DNA of 29,156 nucleotides from a virus (taxonomy: Duplodnaviria; Caudoviricetes). The notes beneath the pieces were generated by a model. It did no database searches, was not told the origin of the DNA, and worked only from the letters and a program-made list of their open reading frames with translations. A program made the position numbers and the translations under genes. Below are positions 1 to 8,792 of the stretch, one piece after another (positions within the stretch are counted from its first letter, which is position 1; every line of letters begins with the position of its first letter). The stretch lies in the IMG/VR virus record IMGVR_UViG_3300031939_000020, positions 1-29,156 of that record; one strand, 5' to 3'.

Positions 1-91
1 GCGGCGCTTTCCGCCTCCCTTGAGCAATTGAGGCTAGACTATCAATGGGCGGAGTATGACGCCTATATTGCCTCTTTAGACGCCTAGCCCG

Positions 92-535
92 CTACTGTTG
101 CCCAAGCGGCGGATCAAGATGATTGATTGCCACGTAAATCCCCAAAATAAATCCGGCTGACAAGCCCACGCCAAATGCCAAGGTCAACGCCATGCATGAG
201 ACAAGCATGGGGTGCTCCGATCTATGGCTCCGCATCACCGCCCATAGATTGGTGGCGGAGCCGCGCCGCACCGGCGCGTTAGGCTCATCCGGCACCGGGC
301 TGTATTGCGGAAGCATCATGGCATTGCCCGGTGGCGTTTGCCCAAACGGCGTGCCTCTCTCAAAAGACGCAAAGGCCGCCATGATGGTGTCACTGGCATT
401 GCGCTTGAAACTTTGCCGAGCCACCGGGCGTGAAAAGTAATCATTAGTTTCCGTGATGCTTGCACGGTGCACACGCAACGTTGGGCTTGGGGTGCGGTGA
501 GTAAGATCGGGGGCGCGTCCGGATTCAAGAGGCAT
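92..535 (-). CDS. Hypothetical protein with a C-terminal transmembrane helix (147 aa)
   Basis: Hydrophobic segment MLVSCMALTLAFGVGLSAGFILGIYVAI near the C-terminus. ATG at 535 chosen because it lies 2 nt after the TAA of the upstream 538-699 ORF (TAATCATG). Confidence 0.55.
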   Translation of the reverse strand: MPLESGRAPDLTHRTPSPTLRVHRASITETNDYFSRPVARQSFKRNASDTIMAAFASFERGTPFGQTPPGNAMMLPQYSPVPDEPNAPVRRGSATNLWAVMRSHRSEHPMLVSCMALTLAFGVGLSAGFILGIYVAINHLDPPLGQQ

Positions 536-537
536 GA

Positions 538-699
538 TTAGAGTAACCCGCGATTCAAATAAATGACGATGGCGGCGGCAGCCATCAAGATGGCTTGAGC
601 CACCCATTTTGCGCCGGGCATCAGCGGGCTTATCTCACTTAAGTAAATGCCAACACCGCAAGCCACCAACGTCATCACCACGCTGAAATAAGGAGCCAT
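538..699 (-). CDS. Small two-TM membrane protein (53 aa), holin-like candidate; not in the ORF track
   Basis: Manual translation gives MAPYFSVVMTLVACGVGIYLSEISPLMPGAKWVAQAILMAAAAIVIYLNRGLL*, with two hydrophobic segments. It fills the gap between the hairpin and the next gene. Confidence 0.55.
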   Translation of the reverse strand: MAPYFSVVMTLVACGVGIYLSEISPLMPGAKWVAQAILMAAAAIVIYLNRGLL

Positions 700-723
700 G
701 CCAACATCCAAGCAAAAGGGTAT

Positions 724-768
724 GCCTAAGCCCCCGGAAGGACTGGGGAGTAAACCGGAGGCTTAGGC
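724..768 (-). terminator. 14-bp stem-loop downstream of the acidic protein gene (terminator or RNA-stability element)
   Basis: GCCTAAGCCCCCGG (724-737) and CCGGAGGCTTAGGC (755-768) pair with one mismatch (G-U on the minus transcript) and a 17-nt loop. Only a weak U-run follows. Confidence 0.45.
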
Positions 769-800
769 GCCCGCATCAATAAACTGTTTTCGCGCGTGCG

Positions 801-1673
801 TCAAATCTCTTCATAACCGTCAAGCGCATCCCGCAAGCGGGCAAGGCGCTCTTCAATGGCGTCAATCTGCGCGTACATAAAGCCAAAATCAGCGGGCTTG
901 GTGATCCCGCACTCTTCAAAATCCTCATCATCACCGGCGTCACCAACATCAGCGGCGGCGCTTGCGGCGTCCCCGATGGGCTCGCTTCCCGGCACCACTT
1001 GGCCGGAATCTGAAACGGGCGGCACAATGCCACCGCCGGTAATAGGGGGGAGGCCAACGTGGCTTGCGCCGTTGAGGGGCTTGCCGGTGACCGGATCGCA
1101 AGGGTTGCTCACCATCACCTCCGGGGTGTCCGTCCCGGCATGGGTAGCGCCCAAGCCCTTGTCACCGGAGCTGGCCGCCGCCTCATCTTCAGCGGGGGCG
1201 TCATCTTCAGCGGGTGCCTCTTCAGCGGGGGCGGCCTCTTCAGCGGGTGCCTCATCCTTGGCGGTGGCGTCCTCTTCAGCGGGCGCATCCAAGGCGGGCA
1301 AAGGCGCGGTGGCCTCATCTACCGGTGCGGCCTCAACGGGGGCGTCTTCAGCGGGTGCGGCCTCTTCACCATTGGCGAGCGGGGTAGCACCGTCACCGTT
1401 GGTGATGTCCTCAATGGCGGCGTCAACGGCGGTGTCATTACCGGCGGGGGCGTCAATGGCGGTGTCAACGGCGGTGTCCTCAACGGGTGCGTCCTCAACG
1501 ACCGGGGCGTCATCAAGGGCGGGTGCCTCTTCAGCGGGCGCGTCTTCAGCGGGTGCATCAGCGGCGGGAAGAGCCTCCGTGGTGGCGGACGCGTCTTCAG
1601 CGGCGGCGTCATCAACGGCGGGGGCGGTGGTGGTGTCTTCAATCAATTCAGTTTTTTGGGTGTCATCAGCCAT
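801..1673 (-). CDS. Highly acidic Ala/Pro/Glu/Asp-rich repeat protein (290 aa), probably disordered, with a C-terminal helix
   Basis: AAGGAG SD precedes ATG 1673 (MADDTQK). Repeats EDAPAEEAPA and DTAVDTAI. C-terminal heptad-like IDAIEERLARLRDAL. Confidence 0.75.
   Translation of the reverse strand: MADDTQKTELIEDTTTAPAVDDAAAEDASATTEALPAADAPAEDAPAEEAPALDDAPVVEDAPVEDTAVDTAIDAPAGNDTAVDAAIEDITNGDGATPLANGEEAAPAEDAPVEAAPVDEATAPLPALDAPAEEDATAKDEAPAEEAAPAEEAPAEDDAPAEDEAAASSGDKGLGATHAGTDTPEVMVSNPCDPVTGKPLNGASHVGLPPITGGGIVPPVSDSGQVVPGSEPIGDAASAAADVGDAGDDEDFEECGITKPADFGFMYAQIDAIEERLARLRDALDGYEEI
1180..1620. repeat. Degenerate 15-18 bp coding tandem repeats (TCTTCAGCGGG and TCAACGG cores)
   Basis: Many copies of tcttcagcggg and (g/c)tcaacgg are directly visible inside the acidic gene. 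Confidence 0.8.
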
Positions 1674-1992
1674 GGATAGCTCCTTGCAAGGGGAGCCATG
1701 GATCTTAGCGCGTCCGGGGGCGCACCCCAAATTAGCGCCTCCGCTTTGCGCGTGGCGTGCTCATGAGCCGGAAATGATCGGAAAGGATCGGCAAGGACGC
1801 CCGGCCAAGGCAAGCCCACCAAGGTAAGCCTTGCCATTGGCCGGGCGGAGCGATTAACAACGCATCACGCTTAGCACGGAGAACGCCGTGCTCGGGGAGG
1901 CTTGGACGGGTCACTACTCCGTATCAAGCCGCGCCTTGCGGGATTACTCACCGCAAGGATCACAAAACCCACGGGAAACAAGCCCGTAGGAA

Positions 1993-3288
1993 GTGAGCGC
2001 CATGTGCGCGTCAACCGCCCTTAGCTTCAATCAATCGGACCTTCAAGATGCAAACGCAATGCGCGATGCGTCATTGGCACAAAAAAGCCACCAAGCCCAT
2101 CATTTAGCGCCCGTTGAGGCGTGCTCCGGGTGCCAAGGCACGGGCCGTGAGCCGCAAGGTTACCGCTACCGCCCCGGTAGCTGGCTCAAGGCAGAATTGC
2201 GGAGCCACTTTGATCCCCATTGCCCGGAGGATCTGAAGAGGGACACAAACCGCCAACGGTGCACCCAATTGTTTGCCTCCTTGAGCCTGTCCGTTTCCCG
2301 CGTCATCCACCACCTCAAGCGGCACCCCAATGCCCACGGCAAGCAAGGGCGCATCACCCTTGAGGCCGTCAAGGAAAGGATGCTCGAGACGGTGAGCCGC
2401 CGCACCATGCACGCCCATCTCAAGCTTCTTGAGGACGTAGGGATCCTTGAAAGGGTGACGGTGGGCCCCGTGACCTATGTAGATGTCTTGTGTTGGGCGG
2501 ACCTTGCCGCCTACCGCAACCTTATAAGCCAACGCCGCAAGGACGCTGAACGCCAACGCCGTCACCGCGCAAAAGTGTGCGAGGCTCGCACACCACCCCC
2601 CGCTAAAACGCCTCAAAACACCCCCTCAGAGCCATTGTGTGAGATGTCACGCCTAGATACTTTGCCTTGCGCCTCTCATGCGCCGCCTCCGGCAGCGCCC
2701 GAGCTTAAGAGCCAAGCACCCAAGGCTACCGCGCCCACGGATGAGGCCGCCAAGGATGAGCCTCAAGATGAGGCCGCCTCTTCAAAAAAGATGCTTATCA
2801 ATTCACCGCCGGAGGCGGAGCCGCAAGGCATAGGCAAGGGCCCGGACGCACCCCCGCCGGTAGACCGGAGTGAGGGCAAGGCCGCTTACGCGGCTAGGGC
2901 AAATGTTGAAAAGGTTTTGGGCAAGCAAGGCCAAGCGGCGGCGGATGCGTGGCTGAGGGCCAAGCCGCAAAACCTTGAGCCGTCCACTCCGGATGAGGGC
3001 GCTTGTGAATCACGGCCGCCAACGGTCAAGCCGCGCCCCAAGCAACCCGCCGTGAGCTACCGCTACGTGCATGACATCAACCGCCGCCACGGCCTCAAGC
3101 TTGTGTGGCGCTACTTTGCGGACCTTGGGGTGAGCCATGAGGATTTCATTGACGCGTGCGCTCAAATCCTTATACACCGCAAGCGCAAGGGCCAAAAAAA
3201 TAGGGAGGCCCAAATCATGAAGGTGGCCACCTTCCGGCACCGCAAGCGGCTTGGCCGCACCAAGGGAGCACGCAATGGAAGCTATTGA
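1993..3288 (+). CDS. Winged-HTH replication-initiator-like DNA-binding protein (start uncertain: 1993/2002/2059)
   Basis: wHTH-like ITLEAVKERM..VSRRTMHAHLKLLEDVGILERV. DAERQRRHRAK resembles the basic linker common in phage initiators. Pro/Ala-rich linker and basic C-terminus. Confidence 0.5.
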   Translation: MSAMCASTALSFNQSDLQDANAMRDASLAQKSHQAHHLAPVEACSGCQGTGREPQGYRYRPGSWLKAELRSHFDPHCPEDLKRDTNRQRCTQLFASLSLSVSRVIHHLKRHPNAHGKQGRITLEAVKERMLETVSRRTMHAHLKLLEDVGILERVTVGPVTYVDVLCWADLAAYRNLISQRRKDAERQRRHRAKVCEARTPPPAKTPQNTPSEPLCEMSRLDTLPCASHAPPPAAPELKSQAPKATAPTDEAAKDEPQDEAASSKKMLINSPPEAEPQGIGKGPDAPPPVDRSEGKAAYAARANVEKVLGKQGQAAADAWLRAKPQNLEPSTPDEGACESRPPTVKPRPKQPAVSYRYVHDINRRHGLKLVWRYFADLGVSHEDFIDACAQILIHRKRKGQKNREAQIMKVATFRHRKRLGRTKGARNGSY

Positions 3289-3952
3289 GGCACTGGATGA
3301 GGATCTTAGGGCGGCGGTGTCTGTGGCCTATGCCCGCTTTAGGGAAAAGACCGATCCTAACAATGGGTGGGTTGAGCCGCCGGAGTACGTCCCCCGCCCC
3401 CCGCCTTACCGGCCCGCCGCTTCCATGCGGACGGTCATCTCAAGCGTTGAAGAGGCGTTTGATTGGGTGGTGCAAGCCAATGAATTTCTAGAGCGGGCCC
3501 GGCCACCGGCTACGGAAAAGCAAATCTTGTCCGTTTGGGCCCAATACAGCCACCACCTTTATTACCATGATGACGGCCATTTCCCGCTTGAGGACATCTA
3601 CCCCCTCAAGCTATCCGTGTTGCTCTTGCATGACGTCTTCAATCTGGCCCAAAAGTACATCACGGCCCGCCAAACAAAGCGGGTGCAGCGGTGCGTAAGC
3701 TCTGAAGACGCCTTTTGTGATGCGCTAGATACGGTGCGTGAGGCGCACCAAAAGACCAACACCCCGTGGGGCATGGTCAAGACGTTGGCCAAAAAGTTTG
3801 CCGATCACATCAAATCCGCACAATTCCGCAAGGACAAGGCGGTACATTACCTAAGCGGGCTTAGCATCTACATCCGCAATCTAAGCCCGCAAGACGTGGC
3901 AAGGAAGAGGGACGCGGTGGTAGCGGAAGCGTACCCCCGCGTCTATCTATGA
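3275..3952 (+). CDS. Hypothetical protein (225 aa)
   Basis: AAGGGAG SD before ATG 3275, overlapping the end of the upstream gene. Globular composition. Confidence 0.7.
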   Translation: MEAIEALDEDLRAAVSVAYARFREKTDPNNGWVEPPEYVPRPPPYRPAASMRTVISSVEEAFDWVVQANEFLERARPPATEKQILSVWAQYSHHLYYHDDGHFPLEDIYPLKLSVLLLHDVFNLAQKYITARQTKRVQRCVSSEDAFCDALDTVREAHQKTNTPWGMVKTLAKKFADHIKSAQFRKDKAVHYLSGLSIYIRNLSPQDVARKRDAVVAEAYPRVYL

Positions 3953-4192
3953 GGCCGCCCCGCCCTTACTCCGCAATTTAGACAGGCACCTGTTGCACGT
4001 AACGTCCTCCTTGGGCCTTGGGGAGCTTGTCCATCCCGCACTCCGGCGGCCCGGAGCACGCCCGCACAATGCCGGGCCCGTGCCATAGCGGGCGTCACCG
4101 GCCACCGCGTGATACACGGTGCCTATGCGGTCCCCATCACTACGCAACCTTCCGCATAAAGAGTAAGCCATATAAGGATCTTGCTCATCCAT
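3947..4192 (-). CDS. Small putative Zn-binding phage protein
   Basis: HAV..ALCG..VTCNRC pattern. TGATG coupling with the upstream ORF. Confidence 0.6.
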   Translation of the reverse strand: MDEQDPYMAYSLCGRLRSDGDRIGTVYHAVAGDARYGTGPALCGRAPGRRSAGWTSSPRPKEDVTCNRCLSKLRSKGGAAS

Positions 4193-4395
4193 CACTTGTC
4201 CCCCTCCGGCGGGTTGCGCGGGTAGAACTCCGGGTAGAGATCATGCTTTCTTAACCCCAAGAAGAGGCCGTCTCTTAAGGCAAGCCCCAAGAGCGTGTGC
4301 AATTGCTCCTTGTCCCCATCCCCTTGCTCAATCTTGCGGCGCAAAAAGGCCATGCGCTTTTTGACGGCCTCAACCTTGTCTTGGTCAAATTCCAT
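4192..4395 (-). CDS. Hypothetical protein (67 aa)
   Basis: TAATG coupling to the ATPase gene and TGATG coupling to the next gene. Confidence 0.65.
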   Translation of the reverse strand: MEFDQDKVEAVKKRMAFLRRKIEQGDGDKEQLHTLLGLALRDGLFLGLRKHDLYPEFYPRNPPEGDK

Positions 4396-5267
4396 TACAC
4401 CGCCTCCCCATAAGCCCGCACCAAGAGGGCGCGCATGGTGATCTCCCCCGGCTCAATGGTCTTGAGCTTGGATTGGGCGCGGCTCTTGGCCTCATAAAGA
4501 GACGTTGATTGGGTCACCGTTGAATACTCAAGCACCACGTCATTCTCTACATCCCGCACCCGCCGCCGCTTGCGCGTGAACACAAAGGAGGAATTATCCA
4601 GCCAGCTAGCGGACATGCCCTTGGGCAAATCAATGGTGTAGCTTGACCGCTCCCCACCAATAGACCGGACGTGCGCCGCCGCTATGGCGTTATCCGTTGC
4701 GCCCTTGCGGGATTCTTCCCCAAACACCGTGTGCACTTTCATTTGCGCGTTGCCAATGACGGTCACGCCCCGGTAGGGGGAAAAGGCGTCAAACACGCGG
4801 GCGCCTTGCACGGACATTGTTTTGCCATAGTCATTGAGGGGTGCGGTCCTATCAATGAGCCTTGCGGGCCAATTCAGATCCACAATGACCACCTTGATGG
4901 TGCCGTCCCGTAGCGCCTTGTCAAAATACTGAAGACCATGGGCAAGCTTCTTGATGTAGGCGGGCCAATCCTTAACGGTGCTCATGTCAATCACGTTACC
5001 GGCAATGAGGCCCGCATCCATGGCACCCATGATGCCCTCATTGTCACCTTGGAACACCAAGACGTCCGTGCACTTTCTTACCGGACCGGTGATGCGGTCC
5101 CCCGCGTATTTTGACGCACTTACGCTAAACGTTGTTTTGCCGGTCCCCCGTGGGCCCATCACCAAGATGCGGCGGTTAGACCGGCTCAAGGACTGAGCCG
5201 CCGTCATCACCAATGGCTCTTGTTGGGCTTGTGTGGGGGATTGAGACTGATTTGAAGATTCCATCAT
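4395..5267 (-). CDS. P-loop ATPase, Sak4/AAA_24-like recombination protein
   Basis: Walker A GPRGTGKTT, Walker B-like VVIVD, C-terminal AKSR motif. GGAG SD. Confidence 0.65.
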   Translation of the reverse strand: MMESSNQSQSPTQAQQEPLVMTAAQSLSRSNRRILVMGPRGTGKTTFSVSASKYAGDRITGPVRKCTDVLVFQGDNEGIMGAMDAGLIAGNVIDMSTVKDWPAYIKKLAHGLQYFDKALRDGTIKVVIVDLNWPARLIDRTAPLNDYGKTMSVQGARVFDAFSPYRGVTVIGNAQMKVHTVFGEESRKGATDNAIAAAHVRSIGGERSSYTIDLPKGMSASWLDNSSFVFTRKRRRVRDVENDVVLEYSTVTQSTSLYEAKSRAQSKLKTIEPGEITMRALLVRAYGEAV

Positions 5268-5332
5268 AAAACACTCCGTAGTGAAGGGAGCGTTAGATTT
5301 ATGCTAGATTGTGCATATGCGTCAATGGGGCG

Positions 5333-5354
5333 GGATGGCTTTTTTGAGCCATTC
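5333..5354. terminator. Short hairpin after the endolysin gene
   Basis: GGATGGCT-TTTTTG-AGCCATTC. No U-tract on the minus strand. Confidence 0.3.
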
Positions 5355-5377
5355 TAAGGCACTTTGACGCGCCGAGA

Positions 5378-5890
5378 TTATACCGGAATATCCGTCATCT
5401 CATCAGCGCGCCGCACCCAATTGCTCAAGAAGACAAGCTGGCTTGGGTTGGCAACGGCAATGGCCACAAGCGCCCGGATGCACGCCTTGCTAAAGACAAG
5501 AGCAAACACGGACGGCGCGGTGGCGTTGAATTTGGCAAGGCTCAACGGACCAATGATGCCATCCGCCTTTAGCCCCAAGGCCGCTTGCGCAAGGCGCGCC
5601 GCGCTTGGTGGGCCCATGAGCACCGCCATATCAAAAAGATAGGTGGCTGTGCTTTGCTCCTTGATGGCGTCACCCTTGATGGCGTTCCAATAGCTTTGCC
5701 GGTAGATGCTTTCTACCGTGGCCATTGAAATGTTTTTGATGTCATCTACCGTGGCCGCTCGCCCCAAGTATTTAGTCAACGTAGGGGTTGATATTCCGTA
5801 ATTCGTCGGGCCGCCCCTATCGGATGGGTTTGCCACAAAATTTCCCTCATTCTCTAAAACATAGGCAAGCGCCGCTTTGAAATCCGCCAC
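5378..5890 (-). CDS. Endolysin, glycoside hydrolase family 108 (170 aa)
   Basis: FKAALAYVLENEG-x-DRGGPTNYGIS catalytic motif, FDMAV-x-G, ADGIIGP. GTG start at 5890 with GAGG upstream. Confidence 0.9.
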   Translation of the reverse strand: MADFKAALAYVLENEGNFVANPSDRGGPTNYGISTPTLTKYLGRAATVDDIKNISMATVESIYRQSYWNAIKGDAIKEQSTATYLFDMAVLMGPPSAARLAQAALGLKADGIIGPLSLAKFNATAPSVFALVFSKACIRALVAIAVANPSQLVFLSNWVRRADEMTDIPV

Positions 5891-5898
5891 AAAAAACC

Positions 5899-6348
5899 TC
5901 AACCGTAAAGTGTAGAGTAATGAGATGAGTCTGAAGAGCGGGGGCTTGAGTGCGTTTTGTTTGTGGCTGCCTCCGATCCACAATGCACAATGCTCCCCTC
6001 CGGTGATGACGTGGGGGTGGCTTGCTCTTGTTGCCCGCCGTTGGCACTCATGGCCCTTGGCGTTGGGCCTTTTGGGCGCGGCATGGGGCTTAGGGAAATC
6101 CCTTGACTGGAAAGCTCACGGTCAAGCCAAGCAAGCAAGCTGTCACGGCGCGCCGGAGGATCCAACACCGGCTCAACCGTGTCCGGCGTTGGCGCCGGGG
6201 GTGACGTACGCGGCGCTTGCGGCATGACGGAAAGAGGCCGGGCGTCGCTCGGCAAGGGATTTGAAATCTCTAATTTGGGCCGTGGGCGTGGCCAACATGA
6301 GCATAAGAACATGCCCATGAGTGTAGCCCACGGACCATGCCGCCTCAA
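5899..6348 (-). CDS. Putative Pro-rich lipoprotein (possible spanin or lysis accessory)
   Basis: Basic N-terminus, hydrophobic stretch and LCSC lipobox-like motif. Fills the gap between the loader-like gene and the endolysin. Confidence 0.45.
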   Translation of the reverse strand: MRRHGPWATLMGMFLCSCWPRPRPKLEISNPLPSDARPLSVMPQAPRTSPPAPTPDTVEPVLDPPARRDSLLAWLDRELSSQGISLSPMPRPKGPTPRAMSANGGQQEQATPTSSPEGSIVHCGSEAATNKTHSSPRSSDSSHYSTLYG

Positions 6349-6993
6349 TTAACGGGGCGGCACCATGGCTTGGGCAATGGCTCCGGCGCTTTGCCAAGAG
6401 GACCGCCCGGTGTCCTTAAGCGCCCTAAAGTCACCGCCGCCGGTAAGCTGATTGCGCGGATCGGACGCCGTGACGGCTTGCCGCCTCAAGGACGCGGCGA
6501 TTTGGTCCCGGAGCTGTGCACGGACGTTGACAAGATCCTTTTCCGTCACCGTCTCACAAAACCTTTGCCACCCACCAAAATTTTGTTGAATGATTTGCCA
6601 TCCAACGGCCGGAAGCGCCGCCTTGGCCGCCTTGGCATTATTCCATCCGTAGCGGCTAATCGCCCCGCACACCAAACCGGCAATATCACTACCCTCTTGT
6701 TCAGGGGTTAGTTGCGGCTGCATCAAAGCAATAAGCTCATTGGGCATGGGCGGGCGGGGCTTGTGGCCCTTTTCCGGCGGTTGCGTCATCCAAGCCCTAA
6801 TGGCCATGCGCACCTGCACCGGCTCAAAGTCTTGCAAAAGGTCAAGCATGACCTTGTACTTTTCCGTGCCCACGATCCGTTGATCGTAGGCCGCATAAGC
6901 ATTTACAAGGGCTAGGCCAATTTCCTTCAAGCGGGTCAATTCGTCCATCCACCAATCCTCAGTGTCTATGCACCGGGTTTTGACGTGTAACAT
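6349..6993 (-). CDS. Helicase loader/inhibitor-like protein (G39P-N / DUF6475-like)
   Basis: LQDFEPVQVRMAIRAW..PMPNELI and AISRYGW..GGWQRFC patterns, downstream of an initiator-like gene. GGGGAGG SD before ATG 6993 (alternative start 6948). Confidence 0.6.
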   Translation of the reverse strand: MLHVKTRCIDTEDWWMDELTRLKEIGLALVNAYAAYDQRIVGTEKYKVMLDLLQDFEPVQVRMAIRAWMTQPPEKGHKPRPPMPNELIALMQPQLTPEQEGSDIAGLVCGAISRYGWNNAKAAKAALPAVGWQIIQQNFGGWQRFCETVTEKDLVNVRAQLRDQIAASLRRQAVTASDPRNQLTGGGDFRALKDTGRSSWQSAGAIAQAMVPPR

Positions 6994-7013
6994 TCTCAAC
7001 CTCCCCATCTGCC

Positions 7014-7041
7014 ATTTTCAAGCCTTGTCGCTACGCGTCAA
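7014..7041 (-). promoter_or_regulatory. Candidate sigma70-type promoter
   Basis: TTGACG-16 nt-GAAAAT on the minus strand upstream of 6993. A similar TTGACGC occurs at 5319-5325 upstream of the ATPase. Confidence 0.35.
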
Positions 7042-7109
7042 GTATGGCAGGGACCGCTCTTGATTCAAAATACATTCTTGCCGCAAATGCGGTTTTTGCG
7101 GTCAAATGG

Positions 7110-7883
7110 TCAAAACTGGCCATTTAGGACACGCTGCCGATCACGCTCAAGAGCCAATTGCGCATCAAAATGGCCCACGTCCCCTTGGGTGATGGGGGTG
7201 TTGTTGGCCCATTGGGTGTGCAAGCTTTCCGCATCCTTGACCGCCATTTCCAATTGATACAGCCGCCCCATGTAATAGGGGTTGGGGTGATTGACGAAGA
7301 ACGCGATCACTTGGGGCGCGTCTTGGGCGCCAAGCCGTTGGACAAATTGCTTGATGAGGCTATTGGTCTTGGCGTTGCGGATGGGGGGTTGGCCCATCTT
7401 GCGCCGGTAGCACTCCGCATAGGCCGCCCACGTCTCACGGTTGGCGTCTTGGAAAGCGGAAGGGATTGGGGTGAGGGCGGAGGGCTTGGCCACGGACACC
7501 GCCGGAGCCGCCTTGGGCCGCTTGGCTTGCTTGTTGAGCCGGGCTTGCGCCGCCTTTTTGCACTGAGCCACCACGCGGGACGTTTTGGCATTGTGGCCCA
7601 CGTTATCCACAATCACGTAAACGGCCTCATCCTCATTGCCGGGGCGCTTGTGCACATAGCCCGCATCAAGGAGGCCCGCAAGGCCATCCCCCCGGTTGCC
7701 CAAGATGGGCGCGCACTTTGAGATCTCAACGGCGCTTCCCTCTTCAATGCCCCTCTTGCGGCTTTCAAGCCAAAAGAGCATCAAGAAGCCGACGCCCTCG
7801 GCATGTTTCAAACCTAAAAAATCACAAAGCCTAGCCAAGCGTCCGGAGCCAAGCTCCGCGAGCGGGAAAACAAAGCCTTTCAT
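7110..7883 (-). CDS. Phage replication initiation protein (O-like, 257 aa)
   Basis: GGAGG SD before ATG 7883. N-terminal wHTH-like region. C-terminal WAAYAECYRRK..PIRNAKTN..RLG..AP.V..DAESLHTQW as seen in phage initiators. Followed by a loader-like gene. Confidence 0.7.
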   Translation of the reverse strand: MKGFVFPLAELGSGRLARLCDFLGLKHAEGVGFLMLFWLESRKRGIEEGSAVEISKCAPILGNRGDGLAGLLDAGYVHKRPGNEDEAVYVIVDNVGHNAKTSRVVAQCKKAAQARLNKQAKRPKAAPAVSVAKPSALTPIPSAFQDANRETWAAYAECYRRKMGQPPIRNAKTNSLIKQFVQRLGAQDAPQVIAFFVNHPNPYYMGRLYQLEMAVKDAESLHTQWANNTPITQGDVGHFDAQLALERDRQRVLNGQF

Positions 7884-7901
7884 GGCAACACCTCCGTGAC
7901 A

Positions 7902-7923
7902 GCCGTGTAACGGCGCTGTAACG
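7902..7923. promoter_or_regulatory. Candidate operator in the divergent intergenic region
   Basis: TGTAACG at 7906 and 7917 (11-bp period), overlapping the inverted repeat GCCGT-GTA-ACGGC. Confidence 0.35.
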
Positions 7924-7970
7924 TTTGTGCAATCCCCATGAGGCACCGGCTTTTGCGCTAACATCACCGG

Positions 7971-8759
7971 ATGCTACGCAAAATTACCCATGGCTTGATC
8001 CGGCGTGGTGAATCCGCCCCCGCCGGTGATGATGATGATGGCCTAGACTTTTCGGACGGGCCGCTGCGCCCGCTTGATGACGCATCCGCTAGGGATGACG
8101 CGTACCATGAGGATGTTTTTGAGGCCAACCGATCCCTTGAGGCGCTTGCGCTTGAAAGCATCATTGCGCCCACCCTCACCGGGATGCGGGACCGGAGCAT
8201 CACCAAGGAAAGCGCCCTTGCCCGCTTCCCCCGCCAAGAGGGCAAAAGCTTGGCGGACGAAGTGAGGGAGGCGCTTGACCGTAGGCCGTCCTCACAATTG
8301 GCCCAAGCCCTAGGGGAGCAAGGCATGGCACTCTTAAGCGCCGTGCTCCCCAAGACGCCCATGTATGAGCATCAGGATCCCTTGGTGGTGAGCCAAGAAC
8401 TTGAGGCGGTCATCATGCCCATGCCCAAGCGCCCGTCCCTCAAAAGACGGCCAACAAGCTATAAGGGCCGCCAAGAAATGCCCTTGAGGGTGCAAACGCT
8501 CCGGCGCAATCATCAAGCGGCCTTTGTGGCAAGCATCATGCGGCAAATTGAGGAAGAGGCCCAAGCCCTTGAGGCGTCCGTGATTCTTGATGAGCCGTTG
8601 GGGCAGCCGCCAAGCACATGGAATCAAAGCCCGGAGCTCGAACATTGGGGCGCCTACCGGATCGGTGACGGGGAATTAAGCCCCCCGGTGCGTGATGAGG
8701 GCCCATCCGGTGAATCCCCCGTCATCTATTATGACGCCAAGGGTAGACCTTTCATTTGA
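7971..8759 (+). CDS. Hypothetical protein (262 aa)
   Basis: Long ORF with genome-typical codon use, divergent from the initiator gene. Confidence 0.7.
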   Translation: MLRKITHGLIRRGESAPAGDDDDGLDFSDGPLRPLDDASARDDAYHEDVFEANRSLEALALESIIAPTLTGMRDRSITKESALARFPRQEGKSLADEVREALDRRPSSQLAQALGEQGMALLSAVLPKTPMYEHQDPLVVSQELEAVIMPMPKRPSLKRRPTSYKGRQEMPLRVQTLRRNHQAAFVASIMRQIEEEAQALEASVILDEPLGQPPSTWNQSPELEHWGAYRIGDGELSPPVRDEGPSGESPVIYYDAKGRPFI

Positions 8760-8792
8760 TTTGACCTCCCCATATCGCCTAGATTTTTTGCC

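Noticed and set aside
1180-1620. Repeats considered as a CRISPR array or iterons
   Set aside because: Short, degenerate, codon-phased units inside a CDS, with no unique constant-length spacers.
856-1827. 323-aa plus-strand Ser/Ala/Gly-rich ORF (and 1059-1679)
   Set aside because: Antisense shadow of the repetitive acidic gene, which has the SD and the downstream hairpin.
1930-1990. Two small hairpins (CTTGCGG..CCGCAAG; ACGGG..CCCGT) as a riboswitch or ncRNA
   Set aside because: Short GC-rich stems expected by chance, with no recognisable family consensus.
5925-6227. Plus-strand hydrophobic ORF as a holin
   Set aside because: Opposite to all neighbouring genes, fully overlapping the lipoprotein-like ORF, with no convincing SD. 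Its hydrophobicity mirrors Pro/Gln codons on the other strand.
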